DNA of 64,000 nt, taken from the NCBI RefSeq assembly GCF_009914755.1, contig NC_060927.1; one strand, given 5' to 3'. Below, piece after piece: positions 31,273-45,798 of this stretch. A program made the translations under genes and the position numbers. A model generated the notes under the pieces. It was given only the letters and a program-made list of their open reading frames with translations, did no database searches and was not told the origin of the DNA. Numbering within the stretch: position 1 is the stretch's first letter; each line of letters opens with the position of its first letter. The stretch is from the human T2T-CHM13v2.0 reference genome, Homo sapiens.

Positions 31273-32394
31273 CTGGACCATGGACTTAAATGTAAAACCC
31301 AAAACTATTAAAACCCTGGAAGACATCCAGACATCCTGGCCCTTACTTCTGGACATAGGAACAGGCAAAAATTTCATGATGATGCCAAAAACAATTGCAA
31401 CAAAAGCAAAAATTGACAAATGGGATCTAATTAAACTAAAGAGCTTCTGCACAGCAAAAGAAACTATCAGTAAATAGATAATCTACAGAATGGGAGAAAA
31501 TTTTCTCAAACTATGCATCTGACAAAGGTCTAATATCCAGCACTACAAGGAATTTAGACAAATTTACAAGGAAAAAAACCCCATTAAAAAGTGGGCAAAG
31601 GACATAAACACACACTTCTAAAAGAAGACATACATGTGGCGAAAAAGCATATGTTAAAAAGCTCATCATCACTAGTCATTAGAGAAATACAAATCAAAAC
31701 CACAGTGAAATACATCTCACACCAGTCAGAACGGCTATTATGAAAAAGTCAAACAATAGATGCTGGCGAGGTTGTGGTGAAAAAGGAACGCTTATACACT
31801 ATTGGTGGAAGTGTAAATTAGTTAAATCGTTGTAGAAAGCAGTGTGGAGATTCTTCAAAGACCTATAAACAGAAATACCATTTGACCCAGCAATCCCATT
31901 ACTGGGTATATACCCAAAGGAATATAAATCATTCTGCCATAAAGACACGTGCACACAGATGTTCACTGCAGCACTATTCACAATAGCGAAGACATAGAAT
32001 CAACTTAAATGCCCATCAGTGGTAGACTGGATAAAGAAAATGTAGTACATATACACCATGGAATACTATGCAGCCATAAAAAAGAAGATCATGGATGGAG
32101 CTGGAGGCCTTTATCCTTACAAACTCATCGAGGAGCAGAAAACCTAATACCATATGTTATCACTTATAAGTGGGAGCTGAATCATGAGAACACATGGACA
32201 CATGGGAACAACACACACTAGGGTCTGGTGGAGGATGGAGGGTGGGAGGAGGAAGAGGATCAGGAAAAATAACTAATGGGCACCAGGCCTAATACCTGGG
32301 TGATGAAATAATCTGTACGACAAGTCCCCATGTCATGGGTTTACCTATATAATAAGCCTGCACATATACCCCTGAACTTACAAGTTTCAAAAAA
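31273..32394 (+). mobile_element. 5'-truncated L1PA (older, L1PA13-16-like), nested in an older antisense L1 (~30500-32650)
   Basis: ORF2 C-terminal peptide [36 protein letters not shown], 3'UTR and A tail; TSD AGAAAATATGC(C/A)TCTT. Confidence 0.92.
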
Positions 32395-33887
32395 AGAAAA
32401 TATGCATCTTCAATTTTATTAAATCATGACTGTTTTCCAAAGCAGTTCACTGACTTACATGAATACCAGTAGTATATGGTAGTTTCTGTGGTCCCTTATC
32501 CTTGCCAGAATCTTGGTACTGTCACATTTTAAAATTTTTGCCAATCTGTATAACAGTATCATATTAGGCTTTTACTTTGCATTTTCCTGATCACTGATGA
32601 TGTTAAACGTCTTATGTATATTACTTATTTGGATTCTTCTTTTCTGATAGTTTCTCTACTTCAACTCCAAAAATTTTCATATGTTATGCTTGTGTAGCCC
32701 CTGTGAAAAGAAAGCACAGTAGGATGACCTAGTTACTCACTTGAAAAGTATGATGGAGCCCAGCGACCTTTGTTCTAATCCCAGATGTTTGACTTGGTCA
32801 GAGTCCCACACCTCTGGCCCTCAGCATCCTCATTTGCTAAATAAAAGTATTGGCTGGGTTAGAGCAGCAGTTCTGAACCTTGGCTGCCCATCAGAATTAT
32901 CTAGGATGCTTTAAAAAAATGTTTAGACCACATCTGCACCAGAAAGCCTGATTAAATTGGATTAAAGGTTACTATATCCATTTCAACATTCTGTGATAAC
33001 GATAGAATAAGTCTTTAACACCTAGATTTCATGGTTTCAATCATCTTCCTTGTCTGCACCCTGAATTAAGTATGCCAGAGACTCTTTATTTGTAAGACTA
33101 TAATCTACTTTTGTAAATGCGTTATATAAAGGAGGAGACTCCTTAATTTAGTCCGTAGGGGAAACTTGGCGTCATCATTCAAAATACTTTATTGTATCTG
33201 GTTTACTTTTAGCACTAAGAAGATTTTCTTACATTGATACCTACTGTGACAAAACACACATCCAATGACAGTGTTAAAATGTCATAAATGAGCCTTTAAA
33301 AGAATGAGGCACATGATACATCATGGTACTTGAGCAGACTGCAAGCCTGACCAGACTGAATTCATGAATTCCTGACTTTTGACTTCTTCCTGTAAGATGC
33401 TACCCCACTGCCAGGGACTCAACCTCTAAATCCAGTCAAGGGGCTACTTGGGCCTGGAACCAAGGCACAGTCAAGGTGAACCAGCTATGCTCCAGGGGGA
33501 GGTGGTTGAAATCACTGGTCTCCTGGACTGGGCCATGAGTGATGGTTATTGGGGCTGGGGAGGTATGAGAGACATCGTGTTGTCCATCTACCTCTGTGTA
33601 TCTTCAAAGGTCTCTGTAATAAAAAGTTTTCTGAAATTTACTGCCTGACATCAAGTCAGTGGTGTTTTTTAGTGTCCGTCTGTCACATGTAACCATATCA
33701 CATGTGATCAGTATCTGACACTTGGGTGGCACCTTGTCTTTTTCAGAGGGCATTTACTTGCATTTACTCACTTGATCATCATAGCAGTCATTTTCAGTGA
33801 AAAACCTTTTGTAGCCATCCATACCCTGGTTACAAGTGATAGAAACCAAAAGCTTGAACTCTTTTTAGTGTAAAAGAGTAATTTATT

Positions 33888-34271
<384 letters not shown>

Positions 34272-35925
34272 TTAGTGTTCATCAGCTCTGTTCTTTGTTG
34301 GCTTTATTCTCTCTCACTACCAACAAGTTCTTTTCTTCCCCATATAGCAAGAAACATGGACTCGGGCAGTTCCAAAATCTCATTCTTACATTAAGAAATC
34401 TTTCCTAGTGGCTCCAAAAAGAAAATCCCAGATAAGGACTGTGATTGGCCAGGCCTGGGTCACATGCCATCTCTGGACAGCTGGCAGTAGAAAGGGAAGG
34501 GCTGCCATGATTGGCCAGCCTGGGCCAGGGGCAGGTCATACTGATTGGCAGCCTCCCTCAGAACTACACGGTTGGAGTGATGGGGGATGGTCCTCCTCAA
34601 CAAACTGATGCAGATGGATGGGTGTTGGGCATATATGATAGAAGTCCATTGTAAGTTCAGTCTCCTCTTAGTTCTATTCCTGTGTCTGTTCCTGTCCCTT
34701 CCAAACAATGCTGCTTTTCTATTAGCAATTCATTATTAAGGAGTTGAGTGAAAGTCATGAAATTCCAGTCCCCAGATTTGTCCCCAAGCTTGACTCACTC
34801 TGCTTTCTGGATTTACCCCCATCTTCTCACCTAACCACAGATACCAGAAAAGAAGTCTTTATTCACTGAGGCTTTGAAAAAACTAGCTGCACAGTCTTCC
34901 TTACCACCACCTCCAAACAAAGAACTTTCTCTGAGATTGGAGCACAGTGCCTCCTCCTTTCTCCTTGCTACACAGAAGCCTCATTCTAGGCTTTTCCTCC
35001 TTCCAGGCTCCTCCATGCTCTCCTGAGGCCACCTCTTGGGGCGGGGAAGGGGAGTGCTCTCTCTGGCTGCTTCTGCTCACCCAGGGTGGACTCAGGAGCT
35101 GGAGCCCCTGAGGTCAGCATGAGGCTTCATCTCTCAGCCCAGATGGCCAGGCTCAGTGACAGCATCTCTGCTTCAGGACATGTGCCTTTAGTCTCCTCCA
35201 TAGTCTAAAAACTTACTTGCCGTGCTGAAACTTGTTGATAAAACCAAATCTGTAATCAGGAACATAAACCAACACAATACAGGCCTTGCACAAATGAGCA
35301 GTTGTGGGGTATCATGGGCCCCTGTGGATTATTTGACTGAAGAGAATGATGGAGGCAAAGCTGGTTGTTGTTGAACAAATTGCTGCCAGATGTAGATTTC
35401 AATAAACACCACACTGTTGTTCCCCTGCCCGAAGGTGCTATGAATTTCTTGAGGCAACAGAGGCATCAGTAAACGGGGCAGTGGGGTGGGTAAGGGGGTC
35501 GCTGTTCCAATATGAATGGAGCCTCCTAGTGTTTTCTGTCCCTGGATGTTTGTCCACAGAATCCAAGGCAGGCCCTGGGGGTCTCTCTCCCCTGCCTGAC
35601 ATTTTACACCAGAGTAATATACTTAAACTGTAGCAACCAGACTCTGTGGAACCTAAAAGAAACCTGGAATTAGGGTAAAAATGTCACACAAAGTCTGTAT
35701 TGAGGGTTAACTGTAAGACATGATGAACAAAGCACATCATCCTTCCCTTCATTGAACTTACAAATGGGAGGGAGATGAGTGCTAAAGCAGTAATTACAAA
35801 TAAATAACAGACAAGCCTTCAAACATCCTGTGAAGGAATGCAGCGTGAGCTTGTAATGCAGAGGCCACTGTCTCTGCCTTCACCATCTGCTAACTAATAA
35901 GCTAGGTGGGCCAAAATATGAGCCT

Positions 35926-36095
35926 ATTAGCTGGGCATGATGGCTCATGCCTGTAGTCCCAGCTATTCAGGAGGCTGGGGTGGGAGGATTGCTTGAGTCC
36001 AGAAGTTTGAGGCTGCAGTGAGCTATGATTGCCACTGCACTCCAGCCTGGGTGATGGAACAAGACCCCATCTCTTAAACCAACAACAACAAAAAA
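35926..36095 (+). mobile_element. FRAM / Alu right monomer
   Basis: Right arm only, with (AAC)n tail. Confidence 0.85.
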
Positions 36096-36789
36096 CCCTG
36101 AGATTTGGGGCCTGTAAGGCCCCAGAGTCTTCACTACCCTTGGTGGCTGTACTTTTAAGGGAATGAAAAGGAGAGAGAGATTGAGATTGAGACTGAGAGG
36201 GTGAGAGAGAGTATGATTGGTTTTAGTTAGTATACAAAGAAGCTTCTCATGTTCCATACAATGGAGTGATTCTAGAGAGAATGATTTTCCCGACCCTTCC
36301 CTTGGGTTATGGCTCACTAAATCAAGCATCAGATGAACGCTTGGCATAAATCTAACGTGTGTATTTGGATCACCAGAGAACTATGTGGTTTTCTAATCCC
36401 GTTGTCCCAGTTAGATGCAAAGCTTCTGGAGGACAAGGGCCACACCTTTCCCCCTTTGTGCCCTCAAACACTAACAGGCGCTTTGCCATAGTACTTGGAA
36501 AAATATATATTAGTTGAATGATAGGACAAAAAAGTGGTTGTAGATGGAAAACGCATTAACTGCTGAGAACACGTTTTCATTTTGAGTTGTCTATAAGAGT
36601 TTAAGGGGCAGGGAAGCCCTGGAGTTGAAGTAAATTCAACAGCATCAAGTTTTGTGTTTGGCCCTCAATAAACTAGTCTCTCTGTACCCCTGGCAGGGGG
36701 TGGGAGGAGTCCTGGGGGAGCTCCCTTCCAAATCTTACAGGGTGGTCTGTTTCTTCTTTGGATAATAATGATGTAATGGCTAGTCTCTT

Positions 36790-36975
36790 GAGAACTTGCT
36801 GTGTTCCATACATTGTACTAAGCATTTATTTGGATTATCTCATTAAATCTTCACAATCACTTTATTTAACAGATGGAGAAATTAAGGCACATGGAACCTA
36901 AGTTGTTCAAGGTCATGGAGCCAGTAAGTGTTAGAGCCAAGTCGTTTGGCTCCAGAGCCTGTGTTCTTAACTACT
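36790..36975 (-). mobile_element. MIR
   Basis: Core motif acagatggagaaattaaggcac...gttcaaggtcat...tccagagcctgtgttcttaac. Confidence 0.75.
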
Positions 36976-37917
36976 ACTTTGTAGTGTCTTTCTTACATAT
37001 TAGTTGGGCCTGTGTATTGCTAGTTGAATTCCTCTTCCCAGTGGCAGGCCTTCACGTGTTTGACCATGGTTTTCATGTTCTCCAAACCTCAGTTCTCTAG
37101 ATTTGTACTTTGGTAGGTCATCATTTTCCACAGATCCTACCTCTTTAGGTCAGAAAATCTTGCCAGTTTATAAAGATTCTCTGGGACTAACTCCCACAAA
37201 GCAAGGTCACGAGAGATCAATGTACAAATGAAGCAGTTCAGTGAGTTTTGTCTACCATTCTCCATAAGTACATGGGAGACAACTGATGATTGGAAGGTTT
37301 GGTGTTCACCTCATGGAGCTGTGATATCTCACTCACCACACAGATCTGCTCTTCTGAGGGACCATCTTGCCAATTTCCAGAGAGTTGCAGGGATATTAAA
37401 TTTTTGCACATTAAGCTTCCTCTTTCCAAGCTGCACATGGGCCCTGCTACCGTTTGTGAACAGTCTTCTAGAGTGATATAGGTTCTAGCTTTCTTAGTTA
37501 AGATCGTATTTTCTGATACCACTCCCTTGTCACTTTGCCTGAAATGAGAAACTCCCAACCTCAACTGCTTTTCTAGTCTCTTCCAATGAATGCCTTCCAA
37601 AGGGCTGGTGTCCTCCAGGGTGTATTAGTTGTTACTAATTTCATCCTCCAAGGCTGATCTGATTTTCAAGATCTGTAGAGAGACCTTAGTATATTGCCTT
37701 GCCTGTACCAAATACAGTCATTATGGCACAGGAAAATCTCAAATACCTTATTGGAAACCCAGGACAAATATTTATTTGACCTTAATGAAATGAAAAAGAC
37801 ATTGGATGCATACATTTAAAGAAAACCCAAAACTTTGGAATCTTTACCAAGGAGGGTATCTTTTGAAAAGGACAGGCTGGAACAAGAACTTGATAAAATA
37901 GAAGTAAAGGTTGACAC

Positions 37918-38180
37918 TTTTTTTTTTTTTTTTTGAGATCTATATCACTCTGTCACCCAGGCTGGAGTGTAGTGGCATGATCTTGGCTCACTGAAACCTC
38001 GGCCTCCTGGGTACAAGTGATTCTCATGCCTCAGCCTCCTGAGTAGCTGGCACTATAGGCATATGCCACCATGCCCAGCTAATTTTTGTATTTTTAGTAG
38101 AGACAGGGTTTTACCATGTTGGCTAGCTGGTCCTGACCTCCTGGCCTCAAGTGATCCACCCGACTTGGCCTCCCAAAGTG
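37918..38180 (-). mobile_element. Alu, 5'-truncated
   Basis: Antisense; similarity stops at cccaaagtg. Confidence 0.9.
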
Positions 38181-38490
38181 AAAGTCGGCATTACTAGCCC
38201 TGTTCAGCACATGAGACAGGGCACTGGATGGTGTCTACCTAATGATTTTCAACCCAGGGGCCCTTGGCCCAAGCGTATCACTGGTATAAAGGGCCTCTGC
38301 CAGCTAATGTGAGGGTGAGTGTGGCTGTTGTGTCCATGAGAGAACTCCTGGGAGTTCTACACTCAGCAAACGTTTGTTGTTGGACTATGAAGGCGGACAC
38401 AGATTTTATACGAATTTGTAATGCTAACATCTAGCATAAGAATTGGCAACCATAGAAAATACTACATGTGTATATATATGTTTATAGTCT

Positions 38491-38635
38491 CAAAAAAAAA
38501 AAAAAACAAATAAAAAAACCCCAGGCTGCCCTGTCTCTCTATCTCTCTCTCTCTCTATATATATACGCCTTTACATACACACACACACACAGACACACAC
38601 ACACACAGACACACACACACACATATATACATATC
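38491..38635. repeat. Poly-A plus compound (TC)n/(TA)n/(CA)n microsatellite
   Basis: Seen directly. Confidence 0.9.
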
Positions 38636-38644
38636 TCTTAAATG

Positions 38645-39250
<606 letters not shown>

Positions 39251-40869
39251 AAGAAAGTAAAACCCATAAAAAGGTCCTCTAGGCACTTCAGCAAACAGCG
39301 TGGTAGGGAAAAGACCAAGGAGTTCTTAGCCCTGGAGGAATGGAAAACCAGTTAACATGGTTTATTCACCCAGGCCTGAGATCCATAATGAAGGCCATTT
39401 TTAAAGTTGAGTCACCACAGGCTTGAAGACTGGTTAGGATTGGGGAACTGAGGGTTAGAGAGTAAAGTAGAAGGGATGGCACTTTTCTTGATAGGAGATA
39501 ATTATTGCAGATATTAGTGTTAAGACCTATTCTTTTTAGTATTTTTTTAAACACAAAGTAACACCTCCATGTTACCAGCAATATTTCACATTTCACCAGT
39601 GTTCACTAAGCACCTATTGTGTGCCAGTTCCTATCTGCTGGAAGTGCACGATTCCGTGGGCTGTAGCGAGCACAGTAGCAGTCCATTGGGCCCAATTACT
39701 GCTGACCTGAGCAATCTGTTAAAACCCGGAAAGGGTATTGGAAGCAGACAGTCCTTCCTTTCTTACCAAGCCTGGAGGATCTACAGCTCTGTCCACCACG
39801 CCTTTAGAGAGGCACACCCAAATTGGAAGATTGTACAGTAAAAAGAGGGAATGTCCAGTTCAATGTTGAGGGGGCTGAGAGTTCTCTGGGTTCCCCAGGT
39901 GGAGAACAGACGGGGGGCGTGGGCCTTGCCATGTGGTCTGAGCACTGAATGTCCTGAAAGTGTGGAAAGGCCTGTCCCCAAGCTTTAGTAACTTTTTTTC
40001 CACCTAGAAGCAAGCCAAGTAGTTTCAGAGTAATTCTCAGGGTAATCCAGAGCCATCTTCATGAAAGATAATACTAGAAAACTCAGAGGGATAAAAGGAT
40101 ATGCTTGCTAAGAAGATTATTTCCCGCCGTGGCTGTCCCTGCAAGCCAACAATAGCACACCCTTCGTCAGGATGTAACGAGTGAGAGAGAACAGCTAGAA
40201 AAGGGTGGAGAAGTAGGCGGGAGGAAGCTATTTAAAAGACCCTAAAGTGCTGCAGCTGTTTTGGCTAATTTTTCTCATCTCAGTGATGTTCCAAGCTCTT
40301 TGTCTTCTATGTGGGGCGACATCATTTAGCTCTCTTATGAGTCATCCTTCCCACAAATAATCTCTCTTGGAGTAGCCCTTATGAAAACAGACAATTCACA
40401 TTGCATTGTGTGAATTGGCAATTGTGTGTCCCTTCCCTGGGTGGGCCATCCTGCGTCTGCCTGCATCCACACATGTAGGACTTCTAAGGCCTGAGCAAAC
40501 CCTCAGTGATGGGGGAGTGCAAGGGGTGGGGGGGACATCTGGAGCCTGAAGCAGGCATGGAAAGCCACCAACAGTGTGCCCTGGTCAGCTGACTGCTCCA
40601 TCTTAAAGGTTTCTGGATACCGTAGTTGTTACCTTTCCTCACAAGGGTTTTATGAGAATTATCTAGGAAAAAGCAGACATCAGAGGAAATTCCGTGTAAA
40701 TAAATGTGACTGCCACTTCAAACCTCAATCTTGCTAAACTGAGCTTTTCTTTTTAGATAGTCTTTTCTTCTGTCTGGCTAGCAGGTCTGACCAGCATTTT
40801 AATTAAGGCTTCCCTAGAGAGACACTGAGCTCTTTAAGATAGAAACTAGACTGGGTATCTGCTGGTTTT

Positions 40870-41400
40870 TCTGCCTAGGAAAATGTACTCTAATGGGTAC
40901 CTTGATTTTTACCCAGAGAAGCCCAGGGTCTCACTCTCATCCCATGTTTTTCTGGTGGAGTTGACTCCGCCCTTGGCCCATGGTTGGGGCAAGGTAGTTG
41001 GGACCCCAGGCAATCAGCACATCGTGTTTCCCTGGCCAAAATGCTTGGGTCAGAAATGGGCACATGACCCAATCTTAACCAATGAGGTATGATGAAACTC
41101 TGGCTAAGAGGCTGCGATTAGAATTTGGAATTTGACGGCATGAGTCTGGGCTGGGGCAGCCTTCTAGTGATTGTGAGTGGAGAGCCAGTTTGAGTATGGA
41201 GACCACACATGGAAGACAGCTGAGCCTGGCTGGGCTGAGAGAGCAAGAGGATGGTCATGGTATTGTTCTCTAAGCCCAGAACCAGGCTTCCCTGAAGGTA
41301 CCATTATCCCGGTCTTTCTGGGCATATGAGGCCACATTTCCCTTTTAGCTTGAGTAAATAAAGGTTGAGATTTCTGTCCCTTGCAACCACAAGTTCTGAC
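40870..41400 (+). mobile_element. MLT1-type (MaLR) LTR remnant
   Basis: gggcacatgacccaatc..ccaatgag; tttctgtcccttgcaacc. Confidence 0.6.
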
Positions 41401-41529
41401 TTGTTCAGGGGCAGCGTTTCAATCTACCTAACATCTAGCAGAATGCCTGGCAGGTAGAAGGAAGCTCAGTGTGTGTTTACTGAATAGATTCTCATTGAGT
41501 TAAACAGATGTTCATCAAATGCTAATGAG

Positions 41530-41606
41530 GTTAATGGCTACCATATTGGATGATACAGATATAGAACACTTCCATCATTACAGAAAGGTCTATAGGATAG
41601 CACTAC
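41530..41606. mobile_element. MER3-like hAT fragment
   Basis: ggctaccatattggat..cagatatagaacacttccatcattacagaaag. Confidence 0.65.
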
Positions 41607-42679
41607 TATAGAGAGGACAAACTCAAACCCTGCCTCCCAGAAGCTCTATTTTTGAGGGTTTTTAAAATATTATCAAAACTAGATAGCATAACATATGGAA
41701 AGATAGCCTGACTTACTGATTTATAAAAGTTCAGCTTTATTTCTCTCGAGTACAGTTATTTACATATAAATTCTAATGAAGGAGTTTAACAACAATTACT
41801 ATACAGATAGAGTCACACATTATACAAAGTAAGGTATGCCTAAATATTCTTTTACATATGAGGAACTGGAATTTACTGGGCCTAGAAACTAAAGCAGTGT
41901 AGAATGCCTTGTTGATTTTTTGCAGCCTTTTCATGAAGCAAGTTATTGATTTTAAGTAGAACTTAACTACAGTAGTAAAGTCCTAAAATTTCTCACAGAA
42001 CCTATTCCATGTCCTTACCCAGTAAGACTAGCACTTGCCACCCAGAATGATGACAATTCTAGAATAATGTGGTTTAGAGTAGTCAGTTTCTGCAGGTGAT
42101 TCCTGGACATCCCAGTGCACCTGTTCTGCTTTTGCTGGTCCACATTTGGTGGTCCACTCATACCTCCTTCAGAGTAGGGCATCTGAGCCTATTCTGGCCT
42201 CCAGCATACTCATTTTGTATAAAAGCCATCCCTGTGTACAATTCCTTCTTCCGGTGACATCCATTTTTCCTAAAAGTGATGTGAGAACAACTGATCGTGA
42301 GCTTGTCCATGTATTGTTCCTTGTTGGCCTGAAAACCAGGAGCACTTGTAAGGCTGAATGGATTCTGCCCAGACCGGGGCTGTCTTAACCCCTCAGAGTT
42401 AGCCCGAGCTGGCCACAACTACATCTTCAGCCTAATATCTTTAGTTCTACAGTTATGGATCCCACCTTAATCAAGCTGATTTACTCACTGTCCCAGAGCA
42501 CCTCTGACCTTGGGCTCACACCCTTCCCTACTCATCAACCCCACAGATGGTTAATTACTTCTCAAAACTTACCTCAAATACCTAACCTGTCTTATGTTCT
42601 TTCAAACCATCTAAGCCAGAAATTCTGTATCCCTTCTTTGAACCCCGATGGCATTGTCTATATTCTTGTTTTGTTGTAG

Positions 42680-43240
42680 TAGCTTTATTTAGATGTAATT
42701 CATATGCCCTACAACTCACTCTTCAAAAATATACAGTTCAATAATTTTTTTTAATATTCAGAGTTGTGTAACCGTCATTGTCTGTTTAGAATATTTCATC
42801 ACCCCCAAAGGAAACCCTGCTAAAGAGCAGTCATCTCTCAGTTCCCCTCACACCACCCTCTGGCCCCCTAACCCTGAGCGATGACTAATCTTTCGTCTCT
42901 TCGGATTTGCGTGTTCTGAACATCTCATATAAATGGAATCCTGTAATATATGGGCTCTTGTGACTGGCATCTTCCACTTAACATGCTTTCATGGTTCATG
43001 CATGTTGTAGCATTATCAGAACTTCATTCCTTTTTAAGGCCAAGTCATATTCCATTGTAGGATCTGCCACATATTGTTTATGGATTCATCAGTTGGTAGG
43101 CATCTGGATTGTTTCCACTTTTTTGCTGTTATGAATTATGCTGCTGTGAACATTCGTGTACAAGTTGTTGTATGAAGTACACGTTTTTGTTGTTTTGGGT
43201 ATATGCCTAGGAGTGGAATTGCTGTATTGTGTCGTAACTT
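42680..43240 (-). mobile_element. L1MB-type 3' end
   Basis: agctttatttagatgtaattcatat; catataaatggaatc; gcctaggagtggaattgctg. Confidence 0.82.
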
Positions 43241-44969
43241 TTTTGTTCTATTCTTTTGGCAATATGATATATTCTGATACTTAAACCCATGGTGTTTCGC
43301 TTAACACTAATACACCTTGCCTCCCCTAGGAAATATAAACCCTTGAGAGCTGAAAAGAAGCCTTATTTCTTTCTACTCCCCCCACTACCGACCACTGTGT
43401 CTAACAAAAGCCACAATTACTGTTTGGACTCAAAAATGTGACGGAAAGAAGTAGACACTTGTGAAGTTTTTTTCCTCTCTTTCTACTTTAACCCTAAACT
43501 GTGTCACATTTTTTCGCGTTCACACTGTATGTGTACCCTTTTCTGAAAGTGCTTGTCCTCTCTGAGGCCCCAGTATTGGAGGCTACTGGATGTGTAAGTA
43601 GTTGGTATACAGCACCTCTCAGGTGTGACCATTCCAAGGGAGGAGATCAGCTTCCAACATGTCTCCTCCAGACAACAATACACACTGTCCTCCTGCTGAA
43701 CAGTCAGTTGTGGAGTAATAATGCACCTCTGCAAGGCTTTGCAGGGTTTTTACTCATGTATCACCAAGGATGAAAATGGGGCAGGACACAGTAGAAGCCG
43801 TTAAAAGGAAATTATGTCTTCTTGCCTTTTCTCCCTTGATCAGACCCTAAGAAAACAGCTTACCCAAATGAGCGGAAAGATGCCAGGTTTATAAAATGGA
43901 GTCTAGCAGCTGTCTTTGGTTCTACCTTGGGATGAGGTTAGAAGTATTGTTTCCCAAACTCTTGCGGCGGGAAGATCTGTACTAGGTGGGACTGCCGGTA
44001 AATCACTGGGGAGGAGAAGCAGCTGCTGTGAACTGAGTGGTGTGGCAACTCTGGCTTTTGATTCCCCAGCAGCAGATGGCAACTTTGAGTAATGACACAC
44101 ACAAGATAGAGGCTGTGCTTCCTTATCTGAAATGGGAATTTCAAGTGAAAGATAACTGGAGTCTCTTCTTGGGGCATAATTGATCTTTCATGAGCCATTA
44201 TCCAGGGTTTTTACAGTACCTACAAAAATTGTTCTGTACCCAGGAGTTCAATAAACACTAAATGTGTGAAAGAATTTGCATTCTTTGCCTCCGGATCAGG
44301 GGGAAACATTTCCGGAACATACATTAAGAACTTCAAATTGCATAGCATTTAGTAGGCACAAAGTGACTATACTAGTTAAGGGGTGACAGATCAATTTCAA
44401 TTTGTGTGCCCCTCGCTTATGGGTGTTTGGAGGGTTGTGTTGGGAAGGATTGCTGAGGCCAGTTAATAAATAAATTAATACATTGGTTATGTCTGTCATG
44501 AACACCTAAGAGACTGTGCAGTGGTAGCGCTTGTGTTGAATATTTTCCCTAGACCTTGAGCTCCCTGAAGGGCAAGGACTGTGTCTTAGATAATATACCC
44601 TCAGGACCGGACCTAGTGCATTGCCTGGTATGGAGGAAGTAACCGGTAAGTATATATTGGTTGAATGAATGATTTGATTTCCTAGTTTTTGGAATTGGCC
44701 CATGATTCTAAGTGAATGAGCTCACCTCAGATGCCTTAATAGTAAATGAAATTTTGCAGCAGAAATATTTTCTAAAATACATTGATTTTTATGGAACTAG
44801 TGTCTTGTTTTCAAAACAGCCCTCTGTTTTGCTACAACAAAACATTTCAAGAGTTTCAAATTTAAATTGGCTACTCAAAGCCAATTTCTTCATTTTTTTC
44901 CTATCTCAGTGGTCTAGAGGGGCATCTTGGTGTTTTAAGTGGAACACAGGCTTAGAAGTCAGACTTGGG

Positions 44970-45286
<317 letters not shown>

Positions 45287-45474
45287 TTACAGCCAGCTCA
45301 GCTATTAACACATTGTGTGACCGTAGCTAGTTACTTTTCCATGCTGGAACTCAGTTCCCTCTAAAAAATTGGAGAACTGAAGCAAATGAGCTCTGTAATT
45401 CTATGAAAATAAACGCACAGGATAAAAAAAGAGAACTTGTTTCAACAAGATAATTCTCTGTCTTTGGCCTAGTT

Positions 45475-45798
45475 GAGGGGTCCCCAACCCCCAGGCCATG
45501 GACCAGTACTGGTCCGAGGCCTGTTAGGAACCCGATCGCGCAGCTGTAGGTGAGCGGGGCAAGCGAGCATTAACGCCTGTGCTCTGCCTCCTGTCAGATC
45601 AGCGGAGCATTAGATTCTCATAGGGGCGGGAACACAATTGTGAACTGTTCATGCGAGGGATCTGGGTTGCCCGCAGCTTATGAGATTCTAACACCTGATG
45701 ATCTGAGGTAGGACAGTTTCATTCATCACCCCCCCATCTATGGAAAAATTGTCTTCCTCAAGACCGGTCCCTGGTGTCAGAAAAGTTTGGGACTGCTG
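45475..45798 (+). mobile_element. MER1B (hAT-Charlie)
   Basis: aggggtccccaacccccaggccatggacc...aaaagtttgggactgctg; imperfect 8-bp TSD GCCTAGTT/GCCTAGGC. Confidence 0.88.

Noticed and set aside
31280-31477. L1 ORF2-like ORF
   Set aside because: 5'-truncated, stop-containing L1 copy; not active.
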